A stretch of DNA of 64,000 bases from Tubulanus polymorphus (Eukaryota; Animalia; Nemertea): NCBI RefSeq assembly GCF_964204645.1, contig NC_134030.1, forward strand, positions 17,380,110 through 17,444,109, given 5' to 3'. The position numbers were made by a program, and so were the translations under genes. The notes beneath the pieces are model-generated. The model saw only the letters and a program-made list of their open reading frames with translations, made no database searches and had not been told where the DNA came from. Of this stretch, positions 1 to 12,003 are shown piece after piece (position 1 is the first letter of the stretch; the number at the start of each line of letters is the position of its first letter).

Positions 1-142
1 TACAGTTATCATAGAATTCTAACAGCTGTTTCAAACTATAAACTGAAAAAGAAACTAATCCTGCAAGCATAATAATTGATTTAATATTCTGTTGATTTTT
101 ATAAATAAGGTGTAATATTTCTAATACCTTACTCTCACTCAT
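1..142 (-). CDS. Small hydrophobic ORF, open off the window edge (MSESKVLEILHLIYKNQQNIKSIIMLAGLVSFSVYSLKQLLEFYDNC...)
   Basis: Manual translation from ATG at 142; no stop before position 1; one hydrophobic segment; same strand as the adjacent small ORFs. Confidence 0.35.
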   Translation of the reverse strand, partial: MSESKVLEILHLIYKNQQNIKSIIMLAGLVSFSVYSLKQLLEFYDNC

Positions 143-189
143 TTTTATAGTTAAAATATATGAAATAAATTAGATTAAAAGATTCTGTC

Positions 190-408
190 TTATTCCTCCA
201 AATCATTTAAAAAATTAACTTTTTTATCGTAATTTTTTCTGTGATTGTTTCCATTTAATTTCTTTAATTTCTGGCTCAATTGTATATTTTCATTCATCAA
301 ATTTTTACTAAGATTCTCATAGTAAAAGAAAAGCGCAGCCAATATTAAACCTCCAGCAACTAAATAATGTTTTAAATCACTTTTCCTAGTTGGAATGAAA
401 CCATCCAT
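190..408 (-). CDS. 72-aa hypothetical single-TM protein with a coiled-coil-like tail, virus-like
   Basis: ORF track; YLVAGGLILAALFFYY hydrophobic helix followed by a K/N/E-rich tail. Confidence 0.4.
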   Translation of the reverse strand: MDGFIPTRKSDLKHYLVAGGLILAALFFYYENLSKNLMNENIQLSQKLKKLNGNNHRKNYDKKVNFLNDLEE

Positions 409-578
409 TTATTAAAAGAAAAAAACTAAAAGATTAATAAGTAATTTGATTTATATTTAAAAAATATTAAACTTTTATATGTTTCAAATCAAATAACAAT
501 TTAACTTACCTAACAGTTATTCATAAACTAATTTCTCAATGCCTTAACTACTATACAATTGAAACATACAGCTTAATC

Positions 579-1218
579 TTATTTCAATACATATTTATTA
601 TTCTTTTCATATTCGATATGTTTAACTGTTTGATAATATTTTGATTCATGTGATCTTAAATATTTACCTCCATAATCACAATACACTTTTTCATTAGGAT
701 TGAATTTGCTAAATTCATCATCTAAATAACATTGAACTGCAATATCTTTATAAGAATTATTATTAACTGATTCACATTGAATTCCAATATTTGATGAATT
801 TTCATTATAGATAATTTGTTTATTATCAAAGTTGAAATAATATAATTGTCTTTTTTTCAATTCTTAAGTTAATCAAATCATTATAATCTTTTGAAAGTAT
901 TATATCACTTTTTCTTTCATTGAAAGGAATTTTAAGAATATTTATTATGTTTTCATCTAAAGTTCCTTTAAAATTTAAAACTGTATTAAATATTTTAGGA
1001 TTTCTGATTCCATTATCAAAAGTATCTACTACTTCAGTAATTAAATATGTTTCATTTGATAATATTTGATTAATTACAGTAATATTATCAATTTTATAAT
1101 GTCTTGCGGACACTAAATTTGTTGCTGAAATATAATTTCTAATGTTAAACTGTGAAAATAATGTATCGGTTTCTTTTATTTCGATTTTGAATTTAGGTAC
1201 TTCTTCTTCTGTCTTCAT
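579..1218 (-). pseudogene. Hypothetical AT-rich ORF, probably one gene split by a frameshift in an A-run near 850
   Basis: Overlapping ORFs 826-1218 and 579-860 switch frame at gaaaaaaaga (minus strand). Confidence 0.4.
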
Positions 1219-1240
1219 TTTTATAACCTAACTTTCACTA

Positions 1241-1415
1241 AAACTCATTCAAATATAAATATTCACTTTTTTAAATATAAATTATTTCACTCACACTTTA
1301 CTCACACTTTTTATGTTTAAAAATAAGAATTTAACTCATATAAATATAAATATTCACTGTTTTCAATATGAATTATTTCACTCACACTTTACTCACACTT
1401 TTTGTGTTTAAAATT
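1241..1415. repeat. Two ~90-bp direct repeats upstream of the AT-rich ORF cluster
   Basis: aactcat..aaatataaatattcact..aattatttcactcacactttactcacactttt occurs at ~1241 and ~1333. Confidence 0.85.
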
Positions 1416-1508
1416 GATTTTTTTATTGCTACAATCTATATTTGATCTTATTTTTCTAGATTATTATGCTAACATTTTACTCTCACTTTTAAAACATGAA
1501 TATTTTAA

Positions 1509-1660
1509 GAGTAATTGGGAATATGAGGGGTCATATCAAATGTTGAAGGGGCGAGTGAGTAAAAAATAAAAACAAATTCGAGCGTGCGAGAATTTATTTT
1601 TATTTTTTACGAGCTCGACCCTTCGACCTTTAGTATGAACCCCCATATTCCCAATTACTC
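1509..1660. repeat. 152-bp imperfect palindrome (long hairpin)
   Basis: gagtaattgggaatatg...catattcccaattactc; arms align along their whole length around the centre gagcgtgcga. Confidence 0.95.
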
Positions 1661-1689
1661 ATACTTGACATGGCGAGAATAATGATTAA

Positions 1690-1900
1690 TATAATTAATA
1701 TAATGTATTTCATTTTACCTTGATAAGATCACTATTAATTCGAGACTTTCAGAATGTCGTTAAACACAATTCTTATCCTAGTTCCAAATGTATCTTTGCC
1801 TTCACGGTTGTTGGTAACCGTCATCAATTAAAGACCAAAATCAATCAATATCTGCTCTTTCAAGACTCTGGATCTCTTTTGTAGAGAGAATTGACATTCT
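1690..1900 (-). mobile_element. Diverged fragment of a family-A-type LTR
   Basis: Resembles solo LTR 59340-59560 (ttaccttgataag...aaacacaat..atcctag...caagact..). Confidence 0.6.
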
Positions 1901-1904
1901 TGAG

Positions 1905-2285
1905 ATTCTGATTCCCTTACTGATGGTCATCCCATTTTGGCAAGGAGATGTGTTGGAAGCCAATCTCTACCAGCAATGCTGTGAGGGGTTACAGTGTTCT
2001 AGACCGGATCTTCGATCCTGGTTCTTGACTTCTCATAATGTTCCCGTCCATAACTTGAACGACTTCTTGAGTTATCTATTCGTATTTATTCTCTCTTAAC
2101 CAGATGTGTACATTCTTTCTCCCCCGAGCTCCCTTCTTTCTTGAGTTATCTATTCGTATTTATTCTCTCTTAACCAGATGTGTAAAATCTTTCTCCCCCG
2201 AGCTCCCGTCTTTCTTAAACCTTTATCTCTTCTGGCAAGCCTCCTTAAGCCTCAAAGCTTTCTAACCCCCCCCCCCTAAGCTTTA
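1905..2285 (-). pseudogene. Copy of the unidentified ORF segment also at 5865-6175, with an internal ~73-bp tandem duplication
   Basis: Near-identical to 5865-6175 (gattcccttact..atggtcatcccattttggcaaggagatg); 2065-2210 is duplicated. Confidence 0.8.
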
Positions 2286-5200
2286 AACGTATATATGTTC
2301 GATTAGCCCCCTGTGAGCCTCGCCCCGTATTCTGGGACCGAAACTGACCCCTACCCGATTTTTGGGACGGTGATTATTACGCTGAAATGTTTCCCAGTTT
2401 GGTGAGACGTGCGACCTTTGTTGGTCATAACGCCAAGTTGGACAATTCCTGGCGTAATGACAGGGGGCGTGACATTGATAGCACACCACATGCTCATCTT
2501 GTGACCCTTGTGATGGACGATTTTCACTCACTATGATTAGTTCCTCTATCGTCCATGATCTGGCGGAACATGTCCCGTAACTCAGTCATGACATCTCCTA
2601 TCGCCTTATTTGGTTCGGTCCCAATTTGCGATACCTTGGGAGAAGACGGAGCCTTTCGCTGTGCAATATGTTCAGCCATTCCCGCTGCTTCCCATGCATC
2701 CCTTAACGTCGTAGGACGCTACCACAACAGGTAGACTGAAATGTCAGGCCGAGAGTTATTGAACAATAGCATCTTTTACTGATGGTCTGAAAATTTCAAA
2801 CTTGAGGCCACACGATCAATCTCCTCCGCAAACCTATCGACCGGTTGGGTTTCCCCCTCTTGCATTGTCGTCAAGGCTGACTCCTTGACGAAGGCCCACG
2901 AGGTGGGGCTGAATTGTGTACAAAATGCATGGACAATATGGTCCCTGGGAGTGACAATTTTAGCACCGGTCGAATCAGTTCCCTGAACAATGCGGAGGTC
3001 ATTAAATAGAACTAGGGCTGGTCCAGCTAAAAACCAGTATAACTGTTTCTTTTTGGCGGTTTCGTCCCAGCCTCTCAGATCGGCCAAACGATTGAACCTC
3101 TGAACCAATCAGAGACGCACTGACTGTCCCGTCCCGTTAATTTAGGGAGCATGGAGAAGTTCTTTAACGCGGTGGCCGTATCCACCTGTTCGCGTAGGCC
3201 CGAGAGGGCCTCCAAAACCGTGTTATTACTAATTGGGGCGGGGGTGACCCTGTGGGTCCCCGTCGGTAGGGGTTTGCCCCTGCAAACCACCCACATAGTC
3301 CGTTGTATGTTGTCCAGGGTCTAGTTGCCATCTTTGAACCAGAGTAAATCAAATTATTATTGACCCCTCCTATGATACTATTTTAAATATTAAACCTGAT
3401 CCTGAAGATCAGCCCAACGAAGCAGGTTTTCCCAAGTACGGGCAACCTCCTCCACCGTAAATTCTTCGCTTAATAATGACGAAAGAATCTCGTCAATCGC
3501 CTCAAAATTCCACGCGGTGCAAGGGCTAAAGGCAGACTGACTTTCCAAAAATTGGCCTCCCCGCTGGGCGACAGATCCAATGGTTGGTCAACCGCAGATG
3601 CACCTAAGGACAGGTCTAGTGGAAAAATTTTGGAGAGGTGTGCCTAAAGGTCCGCCCAACACCTGGCCCGCTACGGGCGTATCTACTACTAACAGTCTGT
3701 TTTCAAAAGATCGATCTACAGACAGGTCTACTGGTTGCTCCATGTCGGATTGACCAACCAGGCCGCACCGAACAACAGCACGAAAAACTTGAGCCGCTGG
3801 AACTGGTTGATCCAGCCGATGACGGCGGCCGTGTGGAAGGTTCACCAGTCCGTTTCGAGCTCTACCGGTTCGAATCCGTACTCGAAGGACTTAGGGGCGG
3901 AGAAGGGGTCACTGAAAGTAAACAAGTACAATTTATCCGGTCCTCAAAAACCGTTAACGTAGGGCCCGCAGAATACAAACAGCTATCCGAAAAGTCTGAA
4001 GACTGAGAAGTTGGAGTCCCAGCACTGGTCCCAGGAGGAGTTTGCGCAACAGCTGTTATGGACGGTGCTGTAGGTGCCACATTCACAGTAGCGAGGCACC
4101 TTTTCCGAGGTAGTGTACTCCAATAACCAGTGCTACGACGTTTGTTTGTGCACCTAACCGTAATCGGCCCCAACATCAATGTACTAACTCACAGATAATA
4201 AGTAAAACAAAACAACAATTTAAAATCTAAAATTAAAATAAATAAATAAATAAATAAATAATAAATTTAAATTAAAGTAAAATTATACAATATGAATATA
4301 ATATCTTATAACGATCTAATAAATCTAATAATCTAATAATGATCTAATAATCTAATAAATAAACCCCAGTTTATTCAAAATAGCTGTATATTCGCGACTT
4401 GTCAGCCAACAAAACGTTGTGATAAGGTTCGAATCCTATAGTGTCTGTCCAAAGCTCCGTTGGTGGTTCCCTCGGTGCTGGGTGGGTTCGAATCCCACAG
4501 TGGCTCCCTTAAATGAGCTGGTACCTCCCAAGTAGACTTGGGAACTGGGGCAAGCGTATGTGTCTTGTAAACCGTTGCCCCACAGTGACCACACTTCAAC
4601 CCAACGGACATGAACCAACCACAATAAAAAAAAACAAACAAATAATAAATGAATAAATATCTAACCAAATAACACTCAGGCAATCGTGATGATATTAATT
4701 GACTGGTATCTATAATACCCCACTTAGTCTATACTGGACAAAGAAAGTAGCCGTCTGCGTCTTTATCACCAAAGAACAACTCGGCTGGATTCGCAAAATC
4801 GTGAAAGAAATGCGCCCAAAATGGGTGAAATGCCTAAGGGTTCGAATCCCTTAAAGTGATGGAAGCTGGCACCTTGTGCTGTGTAGCAGTTAGGTTAGAA
4901 TCCAACAAAGGCTCATCAGGGACGGCCAAAGTCGGCAGTGGTCTCGAATCCGATAACGGCTCCCGATGTTCTTCCGGAATCTCGAATGGTCGTGCACTTC
5001 GTGCGTTCGAATCCCGCAATGTCTCAACAGAGACGACCGGAGTTGGCAGTGGGTTCGACTCCCACAACATCTACCACGATTATAGAGACTTTGTTCTTAA
5101 TTAACATCCAAAATACTCTAATTAAATATATTTTCAAAACTTTGTTTTCATCACAAATTACGGTACAAGCTCATTGTTTCTTTTCGACTTATCATTATTA

Positions 5201-5452
5201 CTTTTGAGTCGGAAATACGTTGTGATCAATTATCATTCTTAAAATCATTCTATAACTGTTATACTAATTTTATTACAATACGGGATAAAGCAAAACAACA
5301 ATGTCTCCCCATACTTCAGTTTTTCTTTTTATAGAAAGTACAACCTGCTTACTACATTGTTTGTTGTCTGACACCCATTCATAACCACCGACCATACAGG
5401 AAATCAACATTACAAACATTTTTTAGCTACTACGAAATCTTGCTGCGGCTCA
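2285..5452 (-). mobile_element. Family A LTR element, truncated/degenerate copy 1 (deleted 5' LTR, accessory ORFs, gag)
   Basis: LTR start TGAGCCGCAGCAAGATTTCGTAG at 5452; homologs of ORF1-3 (3380-5070) and a frameshifted gag with CYQCHAPCHYARNC (2290-3331). Confidence 0.9.
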
Positions 5453-5715
5453 GTACTTAACCCTCAGGCATCTCACCTTGCAGGCTGATTGTACTGTACC
5501 CTCAGTCATCTCCCTTTACAGACATATTGTACTATATCATCGGTCATCTCTCTTTACAGACTGATTGTACTTAACCCTAAGACATCTCACCTTGCAGACT
5601 GATTGTACTGTACCCTCGGTCATCTCTCCTTACAGGCTGATTGTATTGAACCCTGAGTGGTCTCCCATTGCATACTGATTGTACTGTGGCCCCACTTATC
5701 TCTCCTTACAGACAG
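5453..5715. repeat. ~38-bp minisatellite, ~7 units
   Basis: Unit cagactgattgtactgtaccctcggtcatctctcctta. Confidence 0.9.
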
Positions 5716-5749
5716 ATGTGCTAGACACATTATAATCAACTAAACTATG

Positions 5750-8020
5750 TATCTACGTAGCATCTGTATTAATTTACGTTGGTGACTGGGGTCGAAGTAC
5801 GTTGAGCAAACCATCTGATATCGGTTAAAATCGCAGTTGCGAGTTGAAGAAAATGGGGAGGAGGTTCTGATTCCCTTACTCATGGTCATCCCATTTTGGC
5901 AAGGAGATGTTGTGGAAGCCAATCTCTACCAGCGATGGTGTGAGGGGTTACAGTGTTCTAGGCCGGATCTTCAATCCAGGTTCTTGACTTCTCATTATGT
6001 TCCCGTCTATAACTTGAACCACCTCTTAAGTTATCTATTCGTATTTATTCTATCTTAACCAGATGTGTACAATCTTTCCCCCCGAGCTCCCTTCTTTCTC
6101 AAACCTTTCTCTCTTCTCTCAAGCCTCCTTAAACCTCTAAGCTTTCTTAACCCCCCCCCCCCCCTAAGCTTTAAACGCTCCTTTTTTTCTCTTACACACA
6201 TGGCTAGGAATTCATGGATTGTGACGTATTCATGCGTCACAACATTTCCCCAATCAATGTATGGGGTGTTGACGTATCTACACACGTCACAATAACCTAA
6301 ACATATCTTTTGCCTCATCGGAGCTCACGGCCGCACCATATTAGGTTTTCCTACGTAGACACATACGTCACTTCCAGACTTGTTTATCTATATTACTTCT
6401 ATCTATGTTTATGTATGAGGTATGCATCCACGCAGGTTTCCTGGTAACTACACTACTGGCCATGAACTTCAGCATCCGTACATAGCTTGTTAGTATAGTT
6501 TAACCGCTGATAACTGAAACCTCCTAAATATGTTCCCTAAAAGCTTGTTGATATAATTCATGAAAGCCCAATAATATATGCCCTGAAAGTCTCCATAATA
6601 CTTAATACATTTGTTAATTCTATCACGATCGAACAATTTTGATCCACGAAATGCATATGCACGACCAATCTTTACCAAACAAAAACGACAAGCGAGTATC
6701 GCTTTTGGTGACTTGCAAGTGCAGCCACCTGTGAGAATTTGTTGAAGAAAAGGCAACTAAGGCATGATTCAACGGTCATTTCGTGCATGAACATGCACTG
6801 ACCCCCTCCCTGCAACCACTCACTGCATCTGCCATCAGTCGTTCTACTAGGATGATATTTCGTATTGTCATATCCGTAGCCAAATGCCAGCATGCTCGCA
6901 ATGCCAGCATGACCCTCAAATAGACTTAAGTTCTTTGGAATTAGCCACGGACACAGAGGTTAGGCTACTGATTCGATTGTCAGTGGCATTAATAAACGAA
7001 GAAAGTGACCCCGGTATGTGTAGTGAGTTATTTGATCTGCATTCAGCATGACAATTTATTGTCTCTAGCAGACAACTGGGAATTGTCCCTCCAGCTGTCC
7101 TCATAATAACTTTATTCGATCTAGAATGTCAGAAACGTCATTAGCCCCCATTTGAGGGGTACGATACCCGATAAATCTATCAAAATCCGATGACTCATTG
7201 TCATCAAAGTAATACGAATCGTAATTTCCTCAATTTCCTAATAGCTGTCGACTGGATACTGGTGTCCCGCATGATACCTCGATAAAATGACGTATCCAAT
7301 ATATCACCCATATCGCCCTCAAAGTAATCAAAAATCGTTGTCTCTGTTCGTTTCCCTGTCAAAATGTTCGATTACACCCTTGGTAGCCTTGGACCGAAAC
7401 TGACCCTTCCAGAATTTTGGGGACGGCGATTATCGCTGAAATGCGTCCCGGTTCGGTGTGACGCGTGACATTTGTTAGCCATAACGCCAAGTTTTACAAT
7501 TCCTGGCGTAATGAACAGGGGAGTGGAATTGACAGCACACCACCCGAACATCCTGCGATCTTTGCGATGGACTTGTGATGGACGGCTTTCACTATAATAA
7601 GAGCTTATCATTCTGCTGAATATGGGTAGCTTTTGTGTGTTCAACATGTTGCGCAAAATGTCCTGTAGCTGACCCATAACATCTCCCAACGCCTTATTTG
7701 TTCTGGTCCCCTTTTTGCAATACCTTAGGAGACGACAGAGCCTTTCGTTTTTGGTGTGCTCTGCAATTCTGACTGCCTCCGATGCATCCCTAATAGTCGT
7801 AGGAAGCTGCGATAAAAGGTAGACTGAATTGTCAGGACGAGAATTAGTACCATTTTTTTCTGGTTGTCCGAGAAGTTTCAACTCGAGGCCACACGATCAA
7901 TTTCTTCCACCAATCTATCGACCGGTTGTCTCTCATCGTCGCATTGATATCAAAGCTGACTCCTTAACCAAAGCCCTTGAGGTGGGGCTAAATTGTGTAC
8001 AAAACGCATGGACGATATGT
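5750..8020 (-). mobile_element. Older diverged relative of family A (gag 3' half, slippery site, acidic ORF, unknown domain)
   Basis: gag homology (NSRPDNSVYLLSQLPTTIRDASEAVRIAEH); GGGAAAC near 7350; acidic ORF homolog (YFDDNES..FDRFIGYRTP..GANDVSDILDR..EDSWRDNSQLS). Confidence 0.8.
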
Positions 8021-8430
8021 ACTCTCGGTCTTCTCTCTTTACAGACTGATTGCATTTTACTCTCAGCTCGCCTTGCAGACTGATTGTACTGTACCCTCGG
8101 TCATCTCTCTTTACACACTGATTGTAACGTACCCCTAGGTGCCTCCCATTACATACTGATTGTACTATACCTTCAATCATCTATCCTTACACACTGATTG
8201 AACTGAACTCTCAGTCACCTCCCCTAGCAGACTAATTGCGCTGTGCCCTCAGTCATCTCCCCCTACAGACTGAGTGAACTTTACCTAATTCGGTCATCTC
8301 CCTTATCAGAAACACTGTACTCTCAGTCATCCCACCTTGTAGACTGATTTTACTGATACCTCAGTTATCTCTCCTCGGTGACTGACTGTACCCCAAGTCA
8401 TTTTCCCTCACGACTGACCGCTCTGTATCC
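8018..8430. repeat. Second array of the same ~38-bp minisatellite, ~10 units
   Basis: Same consensus as 5453-5715. Confidence 0.9.
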
Positions 8431-9239
8431 ACACCGCCTTTCATTATAGCGGATAAATATGACGAAGCTTGTATGTACGGAATACAGTAGGCCTATACAG
8501 AATATAGTATTTCAAACAATGCAAGTGGCTAGAAGTTCAATACGCACGATCTCAATGCCTCGCCGAAACAACAAGCAAGATCCCTTCCAGTCGATTCAAA
8601 GGCACGATAAAGCATTTCTCTCCGATTTTGGTATTCTTTTTGAAATTATTATATATAGGAATCAGCAAATCTCTTATTCGTCTCATGGTTTTCTTTGACG
8701 GCCACTTTAGCTTTATCCAGCCTTTCATTTGGGGTGTTCATAAAAGAATTAAGTAATTTGTCATCCTGTACTACCTGATCAGCCAAGGCGACACACCTGA
8801 TTCAACTTTCAGGACATATTGCCTAAGTGCATCCACATTGTCTTCCGTAGCCATACCAAAAGTGATATGTTAAATTTCCTACAAAATTGAGTAACGCTCT
8901 CTTTTCACGACCAGCTGCTCTAAACAGGAAGGACAGATTTAACTGTATTCATATTAACGTTGATCCGGGTTCGTGTTTCCATTAATCTGGGCTTTAATTC
9001 TTTCAATTATTTTATTCAGCATAATCAATTCGCTAATTCCTTACCTTTCAATTTTGAATTTAGATCCCTTCCTTGGTTCGAAATCCAACACACATGGTAA
9101 CATTGAATATCCATGTTTCGCATAATAATAGATAATGCTATGTATAATGTGAATAATAGTAATGATATAAAATGCTTGAGGGCTGTCAATTCTCTTAATG
9201 ATTTACACATTTTAACAGCCCTCTCCAGGTGCGGCGTGT

Positions 9240-10336
9240 TGTGGTAGTGTAATACCTACCGGTGTGTTCTCAGGCCGGATCTTCTGCCCCGGGTCCTAAC
9301 TTGAATGATTTCTAAAAGTCTATCTATCCGTATTATTTTTTAAGCTGGATGTATACATTCTATCTCTAGAGCCCCCGCAAAGACTCGCTCCCCCTTTTTA
9401 TATCGTTACTGGATAGAAACTTGTGCATGCCCTTTACCAGACTTGGCTTGGTTTTCACGGATTGTGATGCATTCATACGTCACAACATATCACCGCCTCA
9501 GATATGGAGTGTTCACGTTTCTACATATATCAAAATATCCTAGAAATACCTTTTGCATTCGCCGTAGCCCATGGCCGCATCATCTGACCTTTTAAAATCC
9601 CCCGGGATCCCACAATCTGGGTTAACGAGTTATCTTTGTGGCATTTTGAACATCAGCATTTATTTCGGATATGTTATCGAATCCTACATGTTTTTCAATT
9701 TTCTGAGTTTCAATTTCATACTGTTCCCGTCTACACATTTCTTCTTCATCTCTATTTGATTTAAACTTTGAATATCTTTCCTTCAGAGTAGGAGCTTAAA
9801 CTAGAAACATTTTCATCATTTATCTCTCCGTCATTTATAACGGTAGATCCAATCTGACGATCACAATCATCACAAATTCTATTATCGAATTCATTATTCG
9901 TATCATTCATATTATCATACTCAACGTTACATCTTCTCTATTTAAATTCAATAGGCTATATGATTCAATTCGTTCAGATTTACTATTTGCATCTGACAGA
10001 CCTTTTCCGATAAATAACTTTCTGCTTTTATTTACGCTTTAATTTCACTAAGTGCGGATACCCCCATGGATTCACCAGTATACAATAAACTATTCATATC
10101 TCGTCTGGGATCTTCGCCAGCTGACGGTACTTTCATAAAACATTTAATGTACATATTTCACCCCTCGTTCCTGTCCATCAAAATGTCTTATCGTTAACAT
10201 AAGGCTCAAAATGATTCTGCTCATAGTCTGAAGGAAATTCTCCTTCTCTAAATCCGTTATAGCATCGTAAATTATCATTTCTATCATCATGATCAGATTC
10301 ACTCGAATGTCCGTTTGTAAATGCCGATGTGGCCAT
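9240..10336 (-). pseudogene. Degenerate acidic ORF ending in the same unidentified domain as 5865-6350
   Basis: MATSAFTNGHSSESDHDD... then LWDPGDF..KRYFLGYFDICRNVNTPY..VVTYECITIRE..DPGQKIRP, matching LGYCDVCRYVNTPY..VVTHEYVTIHE..EPGLKIRP. Confidence 0.6.
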
Positions 10337-12003
10337 AGGAACTTACTGTTTATGTCGGCGTTCTATTTCCTCGTAGTGATATGTTGGAAAACTAGCTCGA
10401 GTCCAAGAATGTTTTAAAATCAGTCCAAAAGAGTAGTCCAAAAATTATGATGTGAATGGATTAATTATATAATTGATGTCCGTGCTGGGTGAGCGATGAA
10501 GGTAGAATGTACTAGGTGTAGTCGAAGGAATTAGAAACCACCGCTCAGCAGCGAACTATTTTTGTACTGAGTTGCCTTAATCGGCTGGCTGACCGATAGT
10601 TTCTACGAAATGAGGGAGATGAAATGAGCTTGTATGAGAGGGGTGAAATTAGGGTAATTTTATAAACTATATATCAGTAGTATAAGTGATTGAGCTTGCT
10701 GTCTGAGAGGCGGCGGGTCACGTGAATTATTTTGATAGACTGTACTGGCCCGGAAACGATCAAACCGATTATCAAACCGATTATCAGATGGTTGTCTCAC
10801 TTGCGAATATTTTCCTTGCGGTGACGAGTATGCCGGGCCATATCAAAGTTTTGCTATGGACTCCGACATTGCCGTGCGATATGGCCACGACGGCCACGAT
10901 TATGGCATATTCCGCATCTAGATGTTGAATGCCATACCGTTCGACCTAACTCGCAATATTGTCGACCATCCGATAATCTAATCGGTCGAATTTTGTTTTG
11001 ACTAGTTCAACCCTTTGTAGTTGCAATAATTCAGTTGACTTTTCATTCATACTTTTACCTCCAGTTCTTAGGCTATCTGGTACGAGTAGACTAAATTCAA
11101 TGACTTAAATTGATGCCTGTGCTGGAGCTATCTTTCCTAACTCCTGTGCTGGTATCAGTGATCGCATGGTCAAAATTAATGGGGCATTTCCCAATTACGA
11201 ACACCTTTGTGGAGGGTAATAAACCACGAAGAAATGTTTGCAACAGGTCATCACCCGAGTTCTCATATTTACCTTGTTCTTGTTTATCCTCGGGTCCTGG
11301 CGTTTAAACTATAAACTGGCCCTTGAATCAGGGAAACTAATCTATCTGACTCTAACACCTGCTTCCATATTTGATCAACAACTTATGCAACAGCTATACA
11401 AAAAAATCAACTAAAAAATTTGATATGTAACAGATGTAACAATTTTCATTATAAGATCACAGGTTCAAATCTTACCCCCTAAAGTGACATCCTGTCTCTT
11501 TAATTACTCTTAAGTCTATATCCACTAAATTAAACAAAATCTAACTTAACTATAGCTTAACATTGAACTTTTAAGAACTAAACTTTTTCTATAAATTTTC
11601 TGAAGAAATTACTAAACTTAACTCTTGTAATATAAATTAATTGGAATGATTCTTTGTAATTTTACCAAGATTTGTATATGAATTATATCTAAATCTATTT
11701 CTATATGTGCAGCATATACTTAAAACAATTTTCACTTAAACTCAATTATCTAAATACAATGTAGTCACACAAATCTAAGGTTCAACTTTCAACGCAACAC
11801 GCGAACCGCAAACGAATTATTAAGACTAGATAATCTCAAAATTGACTTTTAACACAAATTACTCTTCGGTGAGTAATCAAACATATTTATGCGACAATAT
11901 ATGTTTGCTGATTTCTAATTCCAACCAACGAATGAATTACGCATCAAATTCGGTTTTTCCTTTCGAATGATTGTTTCACTGTTGATACAACGCATAACTA
12001 ATA

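Noticed and set aside
10730-11015. MITE with inverted GATTATC(A/G)GATGGT repeats
   Set aside because: Termini and TSD could not be defined
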